A stretch of DNA of 64,000 nucleotides, taken from Balanoglossus misakiensis. Taxonomy: Eukaryota; Animalia; Hemichordata. The translations under genes and the position numbers were made by a program. Positions within the stretch are counted from its first letter, which is position 1; each line of letters starts with the position of its first letter. The stretch lies in assembly GCA_040954595.2 (NCBI GenBank), contig CM082584.2:11002552-11066551 (forward strand), given 5' to 3'. Of the stretch, positions 24,351 to 47,800 are shown one piece after another. The notes beneath the pieces were generated by a model. That model worked only from the letters and a program-made list of their open reading frames with translations, did no database searches and was not told where the DNA came from.

Positions 24351-25249
24351 ATTTTAACATAAAACGATGTTTTTATAAAATCATCACATTAAAACAAAAA
24401 TAAGCCTTAATTGTAACGGATTTTAGTAGTTCTTAGAGTATGTATAACTTTTGATGTAAGGAAGGTTCGTGGTATTAATATTAGACTGATGGTCGGTGTG
24501 TATCATAAATTTCACGTTGGAGGCAAGAACACGCTTTGTCATCACTGTTAGTTTCATTATGTTAATTGTATGTATCCACATCAATTAAATAATAAAATTA
24601 ATGATATTTTTCAACCTTGCTGTTTCTGCTCATCTGCTTTTTGAGTTCCGGAAAGTCCCGCTTCAGGAACACAAAGTGTTTTGATTTGATATGACAACAC
24701 CCTAGTGCGGACAATCTAGGCCTATTTTCCTGGCGCCCGGGGAGGGGGGCACCGCAGTTCCTTGGTTCAACGGTTTGATGATGGGTTGACGAGGATGGCG
24801 CTGTTCCCTCTAAAAAGTTAATCATTGATTATTTGACCCGGGCGAAGTATATGTTTAGGCTGGGGCGCCCGAGCATTTCAACTGCATTTCGAGTTTGTTG
24901 TACCGACTCGTGTATATTTGAATGATTGTAGCGGCTGGTTGATGAAGAATGACACGATAAACAGACGTGATAGTTCAAATTCAGATCAAGACTCGGGGGA
25001 CAACCAGAACACCTTGACTGCGCCGAGGAACCCCTGGAAGCACTTTGGAAATGTGGCCTGTAGACTCAAAACTACATGTTTATTGTGTGGTCTACCATTA
25101 CTCTGTATTGACACCTTGAGTCTACCATTGCTATGGATGTGAACTAACAATTACACGGATGAACAACTAGGAGTGGTACTGTTAACGTTACTTGTGATCA
25201 AGTTGTTAAAACCCGACCTTCCGGAGTACATTGCACTATTTACTTTGTC

Positions 25250-34164
<8,915 letters not shown>

Positions 34165-34967
34165 TCAATGGATGTTCAATCTTCTTGTAGAGAGGGTTCA
34201 CACTGAAACAAAACTATTACATAGTTTTCTGAAAGTTATATTTCCAAAATAGGATTCTTTCTCAACATTTGAATGGGACAATAGTTGTAAATGTGGCTAT
34301 TTATTCACATCTGTTGAGAATAAAACATTTTAGTACCTATGGGAATACCGTAAACAAAAACAAAAGGCCTAGTAAGGAGTTGTGTTTGAGGGCATCCTCA
34401 GATTGCAGACGCCCGTAATTATTTTCACTGACGCATTGGCCTTGGGTCAGTGTTGAGCATGTGATTCTTCACGTATGATATGTCGCTATGCAACAACGCC
34501 AACGCACAAATGTGTACGTCACAGATAGATTCACGCCAGCTGTATGTATCTTCCCAATACTGGTAGTAATGCACGCCACGTGACAAAGATCACGTATTGT
34601 AAAGGTCATGACCTTTTCATTCATTCATAAATTTCCTCGGCGAATCGAACAGAAACGCACGAAGTTTATATCGCGCCACGTAAATTAATGACGACGTGGG
34701 TTGTTTTTTTGCTGTTTCATTCTTTTTATTATAATTTGTGACAATCCAACATTCGTGGAGGCTGTCAGGTGTTCGGGCAGACGCATGTTGACATTTCTAC
34801 TTTAAATTGTTGATTGCAAGTTGTAACCGGCGATAGACACGCGTACGTCTCCATTCAGTCAACGCAGAAGGGCTTCTGCCTTCAGATTTCAGTTCGAGTT
34901 TCACGGTCAACCCGACTTTTAACTTCAAATACGTTTACCGTGCCCGGTTTCCTATAAAGAACAGACG

Positions 34968-37900
34968 ATGGAGGACGAGAAGAAACCTTTACTGCCGTTT
35001 GACAGCGGAGAATATGGGGAATTCGTCAATGGGTGAGTACATACATGCCGAGATGCGCGTAACGTAAAGCAAACACTTTTCGTACCATGCTGTTGATTTT
35101 TTTTTTACAAAGTCACGAAACATGTTGTGTACAACATGCAAACATTATCGCACGTGAGTTACTTTAATACTATTACAGTGGTACTGTATTTAAAAAAATA
35201 TTAATTGAACTACGCACGGTCTTTATTTCAAGTGACCGTGAACTGAAATATACATGGTACGTGCGTGCTGACATAAGCGTCCTACCTCGCGTATGTCATA
35301 AGACGCAGCTGACGTACAATATGAACACAGGGATGAGATCGCATGTTGGAATTTTTTTATCAATTATTCATTTATTGTTTATAAGCCCTACATATTTAGT
35401 TTTCTAATTGGCCAATTAAAAAAAGCTTCTCCCCATTTTGTGCCTGTAGATATTCAAGCATACAGAGTTGTCCAAATGTTCATGAACACCCTTGGTAAGC
35501 TGAACTTATGTAAATCTAGTGAAGCTTAGCCACAATGTGAGCATGGAGTTAGGGACTGAAGCAAAACAGAGTTAGGGAGACTTGTGTGTTTATGTTTTCT
35601 CAACATTAGCCATTGTATAAGCTTATTTGGTATCTGCTGGCAGTAAATGAAATCAGCCCACACACATTGAACTTAGCATATTGAGTTTAGAGTGAATTGA
35701 AAGTGTGTGTATTGGTGAATTTAATACCAATGTTTTTTATTTAAACTGCAGGTCAAGTCAGCATAAAACTCATTCATGTGAAAGTACTCATGTAAGTATA
35801 CAATTAGTAACTGAAAAGAATAACTTGTTGTGCTTTTAATTAATTCCCAGTCCATGTTATTTTACAACTGATGATGATGATGATGATGATGATGGAATTT
35901 TATGTTTTGATCCTCACAGAATGCAGATGTATGTGTTGTTGAAGATGGAAGTCCGAATAGTCCAGGGCACAATGCAAAGAAACAGGGTAGTGTGGTTACA
36001 ATGTGAGTGATGATTTTAGTTGTTAATATGAATAGGTCTACAGTTCTGGCGATATTTTTACCCTCAGAGATTCCTCAGTGAAGTCAGGAATGGAATGTCT
36101 GCTAGAGTAAGAATTTTCAGATGACAAAATCCGAGCTGTGGTTAAATATCCAAAACATCATGCAGCATCATTTCTCTCACCAAGCCTCTCACTTTTCCTG
36201 ATGCATTTAGCTTTTCCATCTGGAACACAATGATGGGCAGCTCACTGCTGTGTATGCCGTGGGCTTTAGGTGAAGCTGGCTTCATCCTGGGTATCTTCTT
36301 TCTCGTCACCATGGCAATCATCACCTGCTACACAGCCTACAGGGTGATCAAGTCAGTTGATGGCATTGGTAAGTGAAAAACGTCACTGGTCAAAGTTCAT
36401 CTTTTATATAACTTCAGAAATTACATATTCAGAAGAACTGCAGTCTGCAACATTATCATTCCTATAGCTTTTAATCGTGTAATGGCCACTCTGTAATAAA
36501 TTATTTGATCAGACGTTTCCTAATGCATTCTTTTCTTTTTAATCTGTTACAGTGAGGAAAAATGACGATGTATTTGAGTTTTCTGATGTCTGCAGCTATT
36601 ATTTTGGCAACTGGGGTTTGTACATCAGTGTGGTGTTCTCAGTTTCCTCTCTTCTTGGAGCAGCCATGGCATACTGGGTTCTCATGTCAAACTTCATGTA
36701 TCATACAGTTACATATGCCTATGGTAAGTTCTAGTCTCTTATAGCGCCCTCACTGGCCACTCAAATGCCTTATCTTTCTGTTTTGGAACTTTCTCTAAAT
36801 CTTCTGTTTTTTGTTTGTTTTTCAGAAGAATCCAATCATTTGAATATGTCGCCAACAGCGAATGTAACAGATGGTGTTGAGTGTCCACATTTTGCCAATG
36901 AAATAAATCCTACCATACCTACAAACAACAGTAAGTGGTGAACTTTATTTGTACAAACTGCTCACTTGCACAAAGTCATATGCAGCTAATATTGATGTAT
37001 TAATAATAAAATGATGTTTACAAACATATTAAACAGAGATTTACTATTTTCCCCTCAGATCACTATTCTGTAGATAACTCAACAGATTCGAACACAGTCT
37101 TCTTCCAAGTCTGGGATAAAACTTTGACAGTTCCATTACTTCTTGTTGTTCTCATGTTTCCACTGGTAAACTTCAAATCACCGACCTTCTTCACAAAATT
37201 CAACTCTCTGGGTAAGTGAGTACATGTACTAGTGTTTTGGAGAATGATCTGTCCTTCAGTGGGTGTACTCATGTTGGTCGAGTATTCTCTATAAAAATGC
37301 TATGATATATGCTGTGATATATATGTCTGATTTTTTAGTGTTTTTTTTCACAGGCACAATATCAGTACTGTACATCTTAGTGTTTGTAACGATCAAATCC
37401 ATTGGTTGGGGAATTCACATTGACTTTGATGGAACCAATCCCATTTCATCTGTGCCATGTAAGTATACTGATAGGTTTAATACAAATAAATTGGTCCATT
37501 GCACTATTCTTGTCTAATCAGAAGTGTAACAATTTTACACGATGACTTTTCTTTGCAGTCACAAGTTTGACATTCCCAGCTCTGACAGGATTACTATCAC
37601 TCAGTTATTTCCTCCACAATGGAATGTTGTCCATCATGCATAATCAAAGAAACCCAGAAAATAATGTAAGTATCTGAATAAAATGTAGTGCTGTCCAAAC
37701 CACCTGAGATATTTGTATGTGTAATTAATTTTCTCCTTTTGATTTCATCCTTTGAAAATAATCACTGTAGACCAACACAGTGTCCTAATCTTGTCTACAC
37801 TAACGTTGTTTGTTCTGTAGCTGAATTTAGTAGATAAATGTAAAAATAGTCTGTCACAGATTAGTAATCACACAGATCATTAAAGTGGAACGACACCCTC

Positions 37901-40208
37901 AATTTTGGGCTTCAAAGTACAAACCGGGTGTCAAAAACGGCAACGTTCCGATGGGTTAATTCACTTTCACTTCCTGCGCAAGCAGAAGACGCGCGTTGAA
38001 AATACTACAGTGACGTCAGCAACTTACACGTTCGACGTGTCATTTCCAATAAACAGACACATTTTGCGCGGATCTGACATGGCGAAATGTCAAGTTCATG
38101 ATTTTAAAAACATATTCGGAAAATCGACGGGGATAAGTTTCTTTCAAAGGCAATGCTCTTCGTGTATTGTATTTGTCGATGCGTGCAGACATAGACCCTG
38201 CAATGTCCATGATGCCATGCATGTCGACGTTTATGAACAAACCGTAAGGCCTATACAAAGTTGTTCTAACTGCCGCTGATAATAATAAACGTACCGTTTT
38301 AAATCCTTCCTGCACGTTTTTTGGTACACGTATTTGGGTTTAATTTCCATTTATTGACGAAAGCAACTAAAAAGGGCAGTTTTAATACATTTCAAGAGAC
38401 GAAACATGCATACAATAACTATAGTATTGGCGTCCATTATACTACGGGCGTACTACACCTGGAGAGCGATGCACCTGCGTTCTTTTCAACTCCATAAAAG
38501 GTGACTAAGTATTTTTGTAAGAAAAGTGGTTCGAAAAGGTGACAACGAGGGAGAGACAACGAGGGAGGGTATTGCTTAATTGCAGCATTGTCTGTTTCAC
38601 CATAGACTCTAGGGTCTATGGTTTCACTGAAACCACACCAAGTGTAAGCCTTGACAAACGGGACACATCGGAGATCAGAACTGCATGAACTTTTGTCCTC
38701 TGTAAAATTCAGTCGCTTGGTCGTAGAAGGGAATCTCTGGTTCAACCCGAGAATATGTTGCCATGCTAACGTCGTCGGTCGCGTGAGTGCAGCATAAGCT
38801 CGCTCCAACGAGTTGCTGACGTCACTCACTTCCGGGTTCGCGCAGTTTTTGGCTGGCTGTAGCTCTGTTATGCGTAAGTGAAAGTGAATGAAACCAACGT
38901 TTTTCATAGTACTTTTTAATCGCATTTCGCAGAATTGGCTCAAAAACGGATCACAACGTTCCACTTTAACGGAAGCCATCTTGTTTTGTTCTCTCCAGGG
39001 TCGTGATTTGTGTATATCCTATTTCTTGGTTGCCATGACGTACACATGGATTGGTGTTATTTTCTATGCTACATTTCCACTACAAAAGGATTGCATTGAA
39101 TCGGTAAGTCAAAATTGTCTTGTCAAAGTGTCTGATGCAACAAGGGGAGTCTTCAATATCAAATGTTGAGTTTTTGTCGTCATCCAGTTCTGTTTTGACC
39201 AGAGTCATTTATGTTTACTGGTGTGTGTGATATTTCACAATAGCCATGTAGCCATGGTGACAATTTACATCCTGGCCTGATCCACACTCAAGCCATATTT
39301 CATCAGGTTCAGTTTAATTGGTTCTGCATTTCCATCCTGTACATGTCCACAAACATACTTCTTATCATGACCTCATCACTATGGATACCCTTTATGCAAC
39401 TTTTATCAAATTTCATTCACAGAACTTACTTGATAATTTTGCAAGCGGTGACATTATGGCTGTTGTTGCACGGTTACTGATGCTGTTCCAGTTAATAACC
39501 ATCTACCCACTGTTGTTGTACATCATGAGGGTCCAGCTGATGAACACCATTTTTGGCAAGTCGTGGCCAGGGTAAGAGAGACAAGTTGTCAAATACTGAT
39601 TATAATGAAAAAATGTTTGTTTGTTTTTATTTTAGAAATAAAGATGAAAAGTAGTGTGCTTTGGTGTTGTAGATCTCTTCTAGATACCAAGTCCTTGTAT
39701 CAAGGATTCTTCTAATCAGAATTGATCATATTGTTTTTCAGACTGAAATACATCCTGGCTTTAAATGTTACGGTTGTTGGTTTATGCGTGTTGTGTGCCA
39801 TGTATTTACCCCATATTGGAACAATCATCAGGTGAGCTTGGACAATAAATAAATGTCACGTGAATGGTGGTCAGACATGTTTGACTTAGCTGATGGTGAA
39901 ATGCTAACGAAACTCTATGGTAGATAGTGTACCGCATACAGCCATCATCATGAGACACGTTACGACTCTTGATATCTTCTTGCTTACCAGCACAAATAAG
40001 CTTGTTTTCTCTTATTTCTTTTTATCCTAGATTTACTGGTGCATTCTCCGGACTAGCCTATATTTTTACATTGCCATGTTTGGTGTATATGGTGTACCTA
40101 TGGCGAGGTGGACGACTGACCTGGGTCAAATTTTGTATTCATGCATTCATCATTGCACTTGGTGTGGTCAATTTCATTGGGCAGTTCATCATCATTAAAG
40201 TAGGTTGA
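34968..40208 (+). CDS. SLC38A9-like lysosomal amino-acid transporter, paralogue A (short N-terminus)
   Basis: About 14 exons (34968-35032, 35450-35494, 35752-35791, 35920-36002, 36211-36368 ... 37559-37665, 38999-39103 ... 40031-40208). [33 protein letters not shown]; N-terminal dileucine EKKPLL. Confidence 0.9.
37884..38965. mobile_element. Non-autonomous Kolobok-like DNA transposon in an intron of SLC38A9-like A
   Basis: TTAA on both flanks; termini AGTGGAACG...CGTTCCACT; subterminal inverted segments TTCACTTTCACTT / AAGTGAAAGTGAA. Confidence 0.75.
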
Positions 40209-41354
40209 GCAATAGCTGTCAATTCTTAGGAGGAAAAGACACGGAGTACTTCCATTGATGAATCCCATTGTTCATTTGAATACAATGTAATGATTGATAT
40301 TTTGTTGTTTGGTTTGTGAGACGTACAGCATGTGATTTTAATTTTTATGGTGACTTTATTAGCTTTTATGTGATGTATTTTTATAATGAAATTAGGTACG
40401 AGCCTTTTTGTGTAGGTCGTGGGAGTGGGGGAGAAAGAGAGAGAGAGTGTGTGAGACTTTGAGAGTAGAGTTGGTTTTTAGTCAATTTTTAAATTACCAA
40501 TATTGGATGATTCTAGGAATTTTGCTTCAAGTTGAGAAAATGGTCTATCACACCATTGATGGCCATTATAGGAGATCCGTTGTCTACTTCATTTTCCAAT
40601 CCTGGGATCCTTATCTGAAGCAAGAACCTAACACTGTTGTGTTTGGAGATGTTCTAGTCCAAGATTGTGCATTGGTGTCAAGCTTTGCAAGTATATACTA
40701 GTCAGATTGTCTGTGCCATTTCAATGCAATACTCAGTACTGCCTCATTCAAAATGTCAGATTTACATTTTACACTGATTTAAATTTAAATACCATGAATT
40801 TTTAACATACAATACTGATTTTGTTGTGGATTCAGTTCTTTAGTACTATTACATTGATTGTTGTATTTGACAAAGGCAACAATTGTGTTATCAGTGTAAA
40901 TGTATTGTACAATATTTTAAGTATTTTTGCAGCAGGGTTTTAATTGTATTTTAATGACAACAATGCAATGCAATCAATTGAATTTTATCATGTATTTCTG
41001 TTTTACTTTTTAAATAAAGTCTACAAACGAACATATCGTTGGTTATATGAAACTTGGAAGAACTGGGAACGACTGGAGTGAACTGAATACTGATAAATCG
41101 GACGCGGCGGACAAGCCAGGCCGGCATGGGTTGGTAGAAGAACATTCCTGCATGGTGTCACTGCCACGATTTACCAATAGTCAGAGGGGGAGTCACATCA
41201 CTCAAGCTATAAGTGAAGGTAAAAAAATTCCAACACAATAAGATTTTCTTTGAACTATTGTTTTATTCATACAAGATGCCAGGTAACTTTCCCCTTTCAG
41301 GAAATCACTGTACATACACTACAATTAGGCGGCGCATGTAATACACACTTGTTC

Positions 41355-41432
41355 AAAACATTGATGTACACCTGGTTAAAAACATTGATGTACACCTGGT
41401 TAAAAACATTGATGTACACCTGGTTAAAACAT
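41355..41432. repeat. 24-bp minisatellite x3
   Basis: AAAACATTGATGTACACCTGGTTA repeated between the convergent 3' ends of the SLC38A9 paralogues. Confidence 0.9.
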
Positions 41433-41823
41433 TTCAGTGTATTAAAATCAACCCATAAGTCTCACATTGCGAATAAATTTTGTTAAAGTTAAATATCAAT
41501 TAAAATGGACCAGAATTTTGGTTCAACACTAGTTTGAAAGTGAAACTCACTATAAAATTGCAACGTCTTTCTTAACAAAACAAAGGTACCGTAATGTCAC
41601 CAGTATAGTCCAAACTATACTGAATTCTACTGTCCCAGTACGAACAAATTACATAACAGAACTTCTGAAACAATACAATTCAAATTTTGGTAACATGACT
41701 TGAGGTTCAATCAGAATTGCAAACTTGACACATAAAGAAAACTTTGTGAGTGTTAAAAATCTTTAAACAAGCATACTTCCATAAAACAACCAACAAGGTC
41801 CGTTTGAAACCATTTGCAAGTTT

Positions 41824-44800
41824 CTATTCTCTATTCATAATTGCAAACTGTCCCAGGAAATTGGCACTTCCTAAAAGTATAATCGTTATGTGAACAATGA
41901 GTGTCGGCCATCGAAGTCGTTTCTGTTGCCGTAGATACAGCAGGTAGACCAGGCATGGCAAGGTGAAGATGTAGGCCAGTCCACAAAATGCACCGGAAAA
42001 CCTGACACAAACAGGAAAGCAAGGAAATGTTAAATAACACCTATCTGTTAATGACAGGGTCACAATATAAAATTGTTTTCAAAGTTTCAAAGCACACTTT
42101 TGAAGAACTCGTGGCATCATTTGCAAAATGCACAGATGTCAGGAAAACAAAACTTACCTGATAATTGTACCAATTTTGGGCAAGAAAATGGCAAAAATGA
42201 CACACAATGCTAAAACACATATGTTGAGTAAAAGAACATGAAGAAACCTGGAAAAGAAAAAGAGAAATTTAGTTAAGAATGACTTCATTATATCACCATA
42301 GATAATCTGTGACATAAACTATAAATTAGGTAAATAAATTTGCTTCCTTGCACTGGAGGGGCGCACCCTAGTTCACATGTTCATGAACTTAAAGTTAAGT
42401 GACTTACTTACCCTGGATAGACCGCTCCGAATAGAGTATGCATGAGCTGAAGTCTGAATATGTAAATGAGCAGTGGGAACACCGTGATCATTTGGAAGAA
42501 CAGACAAATTCTGGCCACAAATGCCATCAAATCTCCACTGGCAAAATTATCCAACAGATTCTGTCAGAATTAAAAAAAGAAGAACATGGACTGATTTATT
42601 CAGGAGGTACTCATCTTCATTATTATAAAACTAAACTATTCTATCAAAAGAGTCAAGTAGCAGGTTGGTCAGTGATTGAAAATGGAGTATTGAACAACGC
42701 TGTTTGCAGTATTATTGATAAAGATGACAAATTCATGTACTTACGGATTCAATGCATTCTTTATTCAATGGAAATGAAATGAAAAATACCACTCCAACGA
42801 ATGTGTATGTTAGCGCAACCAGTACGTACGCGATGCTGAGGTCCCGACCCTGTGCAGAGAGAGAGTAAAATGTATCCACCTTCAGTATTGTCAATGCAAC
42901 ATGTACATTTGTATCTGTGTAGCCAGCATAACCTCAAGCTGGATTTATCTAACAATTTATCTTTTATAATGTGATTATTTTTATGATAAAAAGGTGCAAT
43001 TATGAAATGGAAACTGTGCAATGATGAAGCATGGAATGATTATATTTTCAGTGTAGTTTGAGCTGTCCTTTATATATTTCCATCAATTGGAATAGTCTTC
43101 AATTTTCTCAATACTGATTTCCCTCTTTAATTAAACAGCTTCAGAATATATATGACAAAAACAATAAAAACATTTCAATACATAAACCTTATATTCTAAG
43201 GACAAAGATTAATAGAATCATAGCCAAATGATGGCATATGACAAAAATTATCAGTTATTTTGAGACATTTACAGTTACAGACAATACAATAGTTTCAAAG
43301 GGAAATACACATAATTTAAGAATTACTCATATTACTTGGCATATCTAACAATTTTCAAAATAATTTATCCACATAATTCACTGATAGAGAATATTTTCAG
43401 ATTTATCATGAAAAAGTTACAAATATGAATATATGTAGTCTATTTTACTACGAAGTTGTCTGATTTACAAATTTAAAACTGATGGGTTACTGGGCCGAGA
43501 TGTTCTTTGCTATTGGAAAATATTTTTGGGGGTCCCTGTGAGACTTACATTTTTTTCTGGATTCTTCTGGTTTCTAACAATGGATAGTATACAGTTATGA
43601 ATGAAGTATGCCAATGCCAGCGTTCCAGTCAGAGCCGGAAAAAACTGACGTGCCTCTATGAGGAGTAAAGAAAAGGACAGTGACAAGATACACAGAAAAG
43701 ATTTATGAACAAACACCCAAATAGGGGACACCGATCTGAATTGGTGACTTGGACGTTCGTCTTTTTTGTTTTACGGAAACTAAGAGGGTCACGAGTTGAT
43801 TTTTTTTAACAGAACGTCCCAAAATCACCATCACAGGTCAGTCAACAAGTTTCTATCGTCTTTTTCACAACGACTTTCTTCTTACGTTATTCTCAGGGTG
43901 TTTCTGTCCTCTCAGGATGGAAATAATGCCGTTGTGAATGAAATAGGCCAATGCTAACATTCCACTCAAAGCAGGGAAATATTCCCGGGCGACTACAAGA
44001 AACAATAACACAAATACAAAGCAAAAATACATGCTTAATACCTGGAGCTTCAAAAACCGTTATAGCATTAGTAGTTGTTGGAAGTTACATAAGGAACCAA
44101 ATCATATTTATAATAGTACATCTTGAAATTTTTCTCATAATTTGTTGAAGGCATCTTTAGATTATTCTCCCATAGATTTGAGAATCAAAATTAAAGGTCG
44201 TCATGGGTGTAAAAAATTCTTTACTTACCCGGTACATAAAATTCTGAAGCAGTGTTTTTCAAATCCACATTTATTCCCCAGTTAGCAGCTTTTACAGAAA
44301 CAAAGGCTATAATATATGCTACACATATTGTACCTGCAAGATATATAAGGATAAAAACATATGTTACTACCGTAATAGTTTTTTATAGCACCTGGAAAAT
44401 GTATAAAGATACAAAAATATTGTACAGTGGCACTTTATTGGGGGATTATATGCAGGAACTTGTACCTACCGAGTGCGTTGAATTTTGTGAAGAAAGTGGG
44501 TGATTTAAAATTGAGAAGAGGTCCAAGTATAATGACCAGAAAGAATGGAACTGTAAGTGTCTGATTCCATACTTTGTTGAACACTGCCTCGTCAGCTACA
44601 GTTGAGTTTTGAATAGTACCTGTACAAAAGAAAAACATTTAGCAGTTATGTGGGTGTTGCCACTGTCATTACAAAACAGCATATCCTTGAAGACACTCTA
44701 AACGGTGACCACTTCCTGCTTATAAGGGTCATCTATTAATAATACTCTTTATATAATCTTTCTGTTATATATGATGCCATCTTTGATTATGTATGTATGC

Positions 44801-47800
44801 TAATCAGTGCATAATAATCAAAACAGAGCCAAGGTCTATGCCTTTTATGCAGAAATTTCATTTATTCATGCGCCTGATGTCTTATAGAAGGATTGTAGAT
44901 AAAAATTCCTGAATCCATTGAAGTAATGCAAATGCATGCATTATTAACCTACCATTACTATTACTAACTGCGGATAAAAGTGTCTGGGAAGTGTAGCTGG
45001 TTAACGCTAGTAATGTCTGGTTGGTAGACTTTGATGAATCAGCTGGTGGTGGATGTGGACAGACTGCACCGTTGGTCACATTCACTGCGGCTGACATGTT
45101 AATATGATTTACATCCTCTGTAAAAAAAAAATTACAGCCATTATGGATAAGTATGTCTGTTTGTAGGGCACATCAGAAGATTTTTGTTGCCAGTTGAAAT
45201 GGTTTAACCCTATAACTTATCTAATGACCTGATTGATAATTTACCACAAACGGTTTGCTTGTACAACTCATAACTTACCATAAATGAATTTGACAGTGTG
45301 GTACAGGAAGTTGGATAGGAGAACCCAATAGACTATCATAGCACCCAGTAACGCCGAGAGGGAGAAAAACACGCTGGTATATTCACCCCATTTTCCGAGG
45401 TAGTGTCTGCATATATCGGAGAACTCAAGCACTTCTCCTTGGTGATCTGTTAAAGGAGAATGATTTTCCAGTAATTTCTGAGTGATTGTTGTGAACAAAC
45501 ATATATTCCCGAGAATGGTGAAGCATTTTATTCTTGAATGTGCATAGCAACTGTGGCCCTTCAGCAGTGAATAATGGTCCGTACTGATTTAGCCTGCGTG
45601 TCATGTAATGTTGGTGTCTATGGCAACCATGCCAGCGTGACGAATGAAAACTTACCAAAGTTGTCCACTGACTTCACAACCCTGTAACATGTATAGAGTG
45701 TCAGTCCAGCCATTGTAATCAGAATAATAATACCAAGAACCAATCCTGCTTCGCCTATTGCCCACGGCATACTCAGTAACGATGTACCCATCATGGTGTT
45801 CCACACAGAAAATCTTCAACGAAAAATAATAAAAGATGCATTGTAAGTTGAAATTCACAAAATACATGTCACATTTTGTTCTAATTTTACACCCCTTTCA
45901 CTTCGTGCAGTGGGACCAAGATCAAACCACTGTGGGTATAATAACTTCTATAGCTGACATTTCCTGTCTCAGTAGCCACAATAATTACAGGTACTAAAAT
46001 CCTTCAAAGGAGACGGTTCTGACTGGGAACATGGAAGGCTTCTTTACGTCAGCAAAAGGCAAGTGTGAGGATTCAGATATTCTATTCATGAAATTTTCAT
46101 TCCATTGTGAAATGTAGAAAAGGAAGGATATGAGGAGAAAGCAGCCATCTTGACTGCAGCACAACGGAGAAAAAAAACACCCTGCCAATTCTGACGCTTC
46201 ATATCTCGTACCAGACATTGGTTGTTTCAACCGAGAACAATGGCTGATGTGGAGGATGAACGGAGTTCCTGCGATCACACCTTGCCAGAACCTATCTTAA
46301 CAACAGCGCAGAAGAACCTCTTCATTGTGTGTGTCCTGATCCTGGTGATCATCATCGCCGTGGGCCTGCTTGGCAACCTGGCCGTGTGCTGGCTGCTCTC
46401 CTCCCGCAGGAGCCTCCGCACGTGCACCAACGTGCAGCTGATCCTGTTGGGCGTCGTCGACATCATGGTGTGCGCCATCAGCTGCTCCATCTACCTCTAC
46501 GGCACCCTGATCACGCTGAGCCAGAACATGCTGTGCCTGGACAAGTTCTTGGTGCTGCGCTACTTCAACTCCTTCGTGATGGGTTTCAACTGCATCACGG
46601 TGGCCCTAACCCTGGCCACCATGAGCATCTCCACCGCGTTGACGGCCACCCGCAACATGCCCAAGGAAAAGATGCGCAGCGGCATCATCTTGTCTCTGAG
46701 CTTCAGTTTCGCAGTCGGCGCGATATGGGGCGCTTTTCAAGCCGTCTTAAGTGGCAAAATGCTCCCAAACATGTCACATGGGGAACCATACCTTCCCATG
46801 ATGAAAATATCGGACATAGCTGGTGGGGTCATTATTATGGTAAGCGTCTTCACGATCCTAATCTCCTACATCTATGTGTACATTAAACAGAGAATGAGCC
46901 TTACGGTTGTGCAGGCTTTCGACGGGCAGGCCAGCGACAGTGACAATGAAACTGCAGACATTGTATCTCTGAAAACACATATGGTGATGGTTCTGGCTTT
47001 CGTGATAACCCACATCCCGGCTATGATATTCTGCTTTATCCATTTCAGTTCAGAAGCTGAGATGAATGTGCTGTATTTCATACCACTGGTGTGTCTCTAC
47101 TACTGTGGCAGTGCACTTAATCCGTGCATATACCTCGCCACGTCACAGACTTATCGGCACCGGTTTCTACTGATCATACCAAGCAGCAAATGTACAAGGT
47201 CTTAAGACAGAGGTGCAATATTGGATAATGATAATGATTATTGGAAGTATGTTTCTATGCCTCAATAACACTGCTGAGTGAATAGCCCCATATGCTCTAA
47301 ATTTCATTGCACAGATTTGTCGAGATTCATCATTTCATAAATGGTCAGTCCAAACTGAAGGTTTTGTCTCGTCTTTTTCAGTGGTGCACAAACAAATGTG
47401 ACTTTGAGGATTTCTGTCCTCAGCAAAACTGTTGCCTGGTTACTTAATTCACTGAAGGATATAGAATGGCTCATATATACATGTAATACCTAGGCAACAG
47501 TTGCAACGGAAAACAGCGTCTTGGAAACCCACTTTTATAGTTTCTTTCAAGGGAAAACTAAAAGATAAACAGTGGTGAGTTTGTTTTGACATTTCCACTG
47601 GTAGCTTCATAATCTGCAAATGTCATCACATAACAAAATCTGTTTTGTAAATCTAGTCTTATTCAGTTTTGCTTTCATTTTATCTTTTACCCTTTTCACT
47701 GATATTGTAGTTTTGTACATGTAATATGATAGACTTACATGGTGATCACACTGGACTGTTTGCCTTCGTCTGTCTTACGGATTGGCAGCAATAAGAAAAA

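Noticed and set aside
37905-38979. 124-aa and 180-aa ORFs inside the TTAA-flanked element
   Set aside because: No transposase, THAP or other recognisable motifs; probably chance ORFs.
47430-47530. Several X-box half-sites near the nested GPCR
   Set aside because: All are imperfect and lie downstream of the ORF; not distinguishable from chance by eye.
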